This document shows positions 10,486 through 13,842 of a stretch of DNA of 13,842 nt, one piece after another. Position numbers and translations under genes: made by a program. The notes beneath the pieces are model-generated. The model did no database searches. It was not told the origin of the DNA and saw only the letters and a program-made list of their open reading frames with translations. How positions within the stretch are numbered: position 1 is the first letter of the stretch; each line of letters opens with the position of its first letter. The stretch is from the NCBI GenBank assembly GCA_043228905.1, contig JBHGNT010000922.1, positions 1-13,842 on the forward strand, read 5' to 3'. Source of the DNA: Azolla caroliniana. Its lineage: Eukaryota > Plantae > Polypodiophyta.

Positions 10486-10494
10486 GAGGGGGCG
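10486..10494 (+). other. Polypurine tract
   Basis: GAGGGGGCG immediately precedes TGTTGA, the typical Copia PPT-LTR junction. Confidence 0.8.
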
Positions 10495-10812
10495 TGTTGA
10501 GATATCAAGCTCAACTAGTTTAATCTAGTTAGTCAACACATGTAACTTAGTAGTTACCTAGATCGAATCTAGTTAATGTGTTAACCTTAAACCTTTAAAT
10601 AGGACCTTGTACTTAAGTGGGATATTCTAGATCCTCCACTCCTTAGTACATTTAATGTAGGACTTACACATAAGTACCTATGTTCTACCCACACATGTGC
10701 ACCTTTGCACATGGGTTGTATATATACCTCATTGTAGGTATTTTTGTATGTTGATGACACTTTTCAATATAGTCAATCATCCCCCATTTATCTTCGTCTT
10801 CATAAGTGTAAC

Positions 10813-10866
<54 letters not shown>

Positions 10867-10972
10867 TTTCACACACTCTCACGTGCATATCATACTAATC
10901 TTCCGCTGCTTAACGTAACCATATAATTAGTCTTTAATTAACCCTAGTTAATTACCTAATTACTTAACAACA
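10495..10972 (+). repeat. Candidate 3' LTR (~478 bp), not matching the 5' LTR
   Basis: Starts TGTTG after the PPT, contains a TATATATA box (~10719) and a (CT)n tract, and ends at CAACA (10968-10972). The end point is inferred only from the terminal motif. Confidence 0.55.
10816..10863. repeat. (CT)24 microsatellite
   Basis: Uninterrupted CT dinucleotide run. Confidence 0.98.
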
Positions 10973-11839
10973 AGGTATCCCCTACAATAACCAAACCCAA
11001 TTGGGCAATACAATTAAATTGTGCTTGAAGGGATGTTGTGAAAACCTCAAGTTTAGTGGATATAAGACCAAATACTCCAGGACCTTGCAATTTTAGTTTG
11101 TTTATTGATATTAACCACATGCCATGAAGAGGTTGCAAATTGTAATTACCATGTGTATTACCTTCTTCCTCTATAAAGAGTGCAACATATTTTGTCCATC
11201 GTCGTTGACCCTCAAACATGGCCTTGAGAAATGCACATTGGCAATACATGATATATTCATAAAGATTTAATAATATTGTCTCACCAACTTGTTTTGGAGT
11301 ATGAATATTACTCGAAAGCCACCCAAGTAAGACTCATATTTTCCTTTCCTCTACCACAATGTGAACCTCGTTAAGATTGCCAATAGGATACAAAACATAC
11401 ACACATATGCTATTTTCTATGTCCAACAAGTGCCTCTTAATGTCTTTCTATACATGACATGACAACCAGTTTGTGCATATTTATCTTCATAAATGATACT
11501 ATGGGAAATGATTCCCACACTAGCTTTGCCGTTGTAATGTCATCTCATAGGCTCCTAAAATGAAAATATGATCATTTGCTAATGCTAGATTTGCCTAATG
11601 TTAAGGAAAATCATATCAAATCTCCATCTATAGTCACATTGTGCAACATTACCAAAATATTAGACGTGCTACACAAGCAAACAACAAATATTAAATGGCT
11701 TAATAGCCATCCTTGTCTAACAAAATTCAAAAGTGTAATGGGAAACCCCCTCATTAAGAATCATACAAGATACAAAACACTCTCCCAAATTATGCATCAA
11801 TCTTGATTCATTTCGTTCTAAGCCCTTTGTTGTATTTTG

Positions 11840-12636
11840 TGTTGGAATAGCATATCCATCATACTACGTGTGTATTCTTCATTATAGTTGTTCAAGAAGA
11901 ACAACAAAGTCAAGATATGCATTGATTTTTGTAAGGTTAACAAAGACACTAGTTGAGATAACTACTTGATGTCATACCTCAAGCACCTCTTAACACATGC
12001 AACAAACAAAGAAGCATGTAGTTCCATTAACATATTCTCATGGTACAATCAAATGACTGTTGCACCCCAATATCAATATAGAGACAACCTTTGACACAAA
12101 GTTTGGCATTTTTCAGTACAAACAAATGCCATTTAAACCCACCAATGTCATAAGCAGTTTTAAACATGGGGCAAATCGCGTATCCATCTCCATGTAAATG
12201 GGCTCTATTGCAAGTCCATTCGGAAGAGCACTTAACCTTACTAAGTGATTGATTCAAAATGAGTGCAATATCAATTGCATTTTGACTCATTTTTTATGCG
12301 CAAATACATTTGCCTAACAAGGCTAAAGTTAAATGGATATCAAACGTGCCACCCCATAAACCAACAAGAAGGATGTGCATGCATGATGGGGTACACAAGT
12401 TATTATTAGTGTTTCACTAAAATGTTCGCCAAGAAGGTGCAACATTTCTCTATGGACTCCTTGAAGAGTTTAAATTGACCTAAGGAATGCACCAAAGCGT
12501 TTCATTTACTCAAGGAATACTAACTAGAGCACCACCATCTTGATCACGAAGTTGGGAAAATAAGTTCATGTGCACCCAAACATGTCAGACTTTCACAATA
12601 GGTACAATCTTGGCTCAGCCTAGAGACAAAAAGATG
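11840..12636 (+). mobile_element. Highly decayed Ty3/Gypsy pol remnant (RT, connection, start of RNase H)
   Basis: Manual translation gives KVKICIDFCKVNKDTS*DNYLMSYLKHLL...SINIFSWYNQMTVAPQYQY, a frameshift near 12080, then TTFDTKFGIFQYKQMPFKPTNV. Later segments read ECTKAFHLLKE, FHVH-like and IGTILAQPRDKKM. These match the Gypsy RT motifs RxCIDFRxLN, DxxSGYNQI, KTxFxTxxGxFxYxxMPFGLxNA and the RNase H N-terminus. Confidence 0.8.
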
Positions 12637-12832
12637 CAAGCCATCAACCAAATCTAATGGAACAAATTTATTCTACTATAGAAAAGAGTGGCACTAGCAA
12701 TGATATATGTACATTTGTTGAAAAAATAAGTAGTGCGTGCGTCATAGTGAATGAATACATGAAAACAAGAACATTACATAAATGGAAAAGTGTAGATAGA
12801 GAGAGAGACTCAAGAGAGAGTATCTTCTATTT

Positions 12833-12871
12833 GTCCCACATAGAGAGGATGGGGAGGAAGGGAGGTATAAA
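12833..12871 (+). promoter_or_regulatory. U1 snRNA promoter: USE and TATA box
   Basis: GTCCCACATAG at 12833-12843 and TATAAA at 12866-12871, which starts 32 bp upstream of the U1 5' end. Confidence 0.88.
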
Positions 12872-12897
12872 TTGAGTGGTTTGTGCAGCAGCAGAAC

Positions 12898-13061
12898 ATA
12901 CTTACCTGGGCGGGGTCTATCGGTGATCAGCAAGGCCGATGGCTTAGGGCCGGCGCCTCCATTGCACTGCCGGAGGGGCTGTTTGCCCTAGCATCTCCCC
13001 AATGTGGGAGAGTGCACGTCATAATTTGTGGCAGCGGGGGCTCGCGTTCGCGCGGCCCCTT
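12898..13061 (+). ncRNA. U1: U1 spliceosomal snRNA (intact)
   Basis: 5' splice-site recognition sequence ATACTTACCTG; stem-loop I CTATCGGT/GCCGATGG with loop GATCAGCAAG (U1-70K site); stem-loop II with ATTGCACT loop (U1A site); stem-loop III TCTCCC/GGGAGA; Sm site AATTTGTG (13023-13030); terminal GC-rich stem with TTCG tetraloop. Length is ~164 nt. Confidence 0.97.
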
Positions 13062-13064
13062 TCT

Positions 13065-13077
13065 CAATCGAATTAAA
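13065..13077 (+). terminator. Putative snRNA 3' box
   Basis: CAATCGAATTAAA lies just after the mature end and has one mismatch to the plant consensus CA(N)3-10AGTNNAA. Confidence 0.55.
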
Positions 13078-13387
13078 TTCTGAATGTCATACCGAAATTT
13101 TGGGTGTAAATAGAGATATGGGGAGTTTGTATCGATGTTGTAACGCAAATAACAGATATGGTGTAAACGTGACGTGGTAGAGGGAGTACATGTATGTTAT
13201 GTAAATAACACAGATGGGGTGGAGTGGTCATGGATAAGTATATACAGAAGAGATAAACAAACGATAGGGAGGGGGGGGGACATTGAAGTAAAAGAGTGGA
13301 GGCAAATATATATATAAATATATAATAAAGACAGACATACAGAATCATGGAGGCATATAAATATATCTATAGATCAGTCTGGTAGGA

Positions 13388-13450
13388 AGCATCACATGGC
13401 ATGCCTATACACTCCACCAGACAGCATCACATGGCATGCCTATACACTCC
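13388..13450. repeat. 28-bp perfect direct repeat, 35-bp period
   Basis: AGCATCACATGGCATGCCTATACACTCC at 13388-13415 and 13423-13450. Confidence 0.95.
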
Positions 13451-13842
13451 TGGACATGCTATAGATGCCGCCAAATTCTTACCATTATACGGGTGCGGAA
13501 AATCACGGGTATACATACCCCAACCAATAGGTGTAAAGAGAATGTAGGCAAACGGGCTACCAGCTAGGCCTGCCTACACTGGGTATTACCCATTCATTTC
13601 TTGTTTAGGTTACGGTCCGCCTTCGTGGCCCCAATCAGAGAGTAGAGAGCGTCCCGTTGTCAAGGATTTGCCGTGTGAATGCAACGGACTTGGTCAGATC
13701 AATGTATTATCTATTATGGGCCCTAAACACCTTCCATGTCAATGTCCATAGATCTTCAACTTGTTGGTGTTCGGATCCCGCGCATCAGTAATTTTACTAA
13801 ACACATGTTTAGCTTCCACATACATATTCCGTCCACATTCAT

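Larger units (their letters stand above)
7102..10972 (+). mobile_element. Defective Ty1/Copia LTR retrotransposon (internally deleted, probably chimeric)
   Basis: The order is LTR-like TGTTG...CAACA, tRNA-Met PBS, gag-protease-integrase (Copia order), PPT, then a second TGTTG...CAACA segment. RT/RNase H are absent. The right boundary is less certain than the left. Confidence 0.85.

Noticed and set aside
8452-10514. Minus-strand ORFs within the Copia element and the repetitive 10240-10500 ORF
   Set aside because: They are antisense shadows of GC-rich pol sequence or translations of the minisatellite, with no independent evidence of coding.
10495-10538. 44-bp TGTTGA...TCAACA mini-LTR
   Set aside because: Too short, with no TSD and no match to the 5' LTR. 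It is more likely a chance internal motif of the longer LTR candidate.
10685-10926. ORFs with ER/SL repeats
   Set aside because: They are translations of the (CT)24 microsatellite.
12883-13148. Short ORFs overlapping U1
   Set aside because: The region is fully explained by the U1 snRNA structure and promoter.

Overview
Eukaryotic land-plant genomic DNA rich in repeats and transposons. From left to right it holds: an LTR-like fragment at the window edge; an intronless LRR receptor-like protein (RLP) gene on the minus strand (2819-847), broken by a frameshift near 2050 and missing part of its N-terminal cap; a 147-bp tandem array carrying a near-perfect 41-bp palindrome; a decayed U1 snRNA copy with an intact-looking promoter (~4904-5104); a 181-bp tandem duplication with poly-C tracts; a defective and apparently chimeric Ty1/Copia element (7102-~10972) with gag remnant, protease and integrase but no RT/RNase H, and two non-matching LTRs; a heavily decayed Ty3/Gypsy RT-RNase H remnant (~11840-12636) that the ORF track does not show; and an intact U1 spliceosomal snRNA gene (12898-~13061) with USE, TATA and a 3' box. 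I see no convincing novel multi-gene system. The most unusual signal is that both U1 loci have a 22-bp USE-TATA spacer, which by the angiosperm rule is Pol III-type rather than Pol II-type. All alignments were made by eye.
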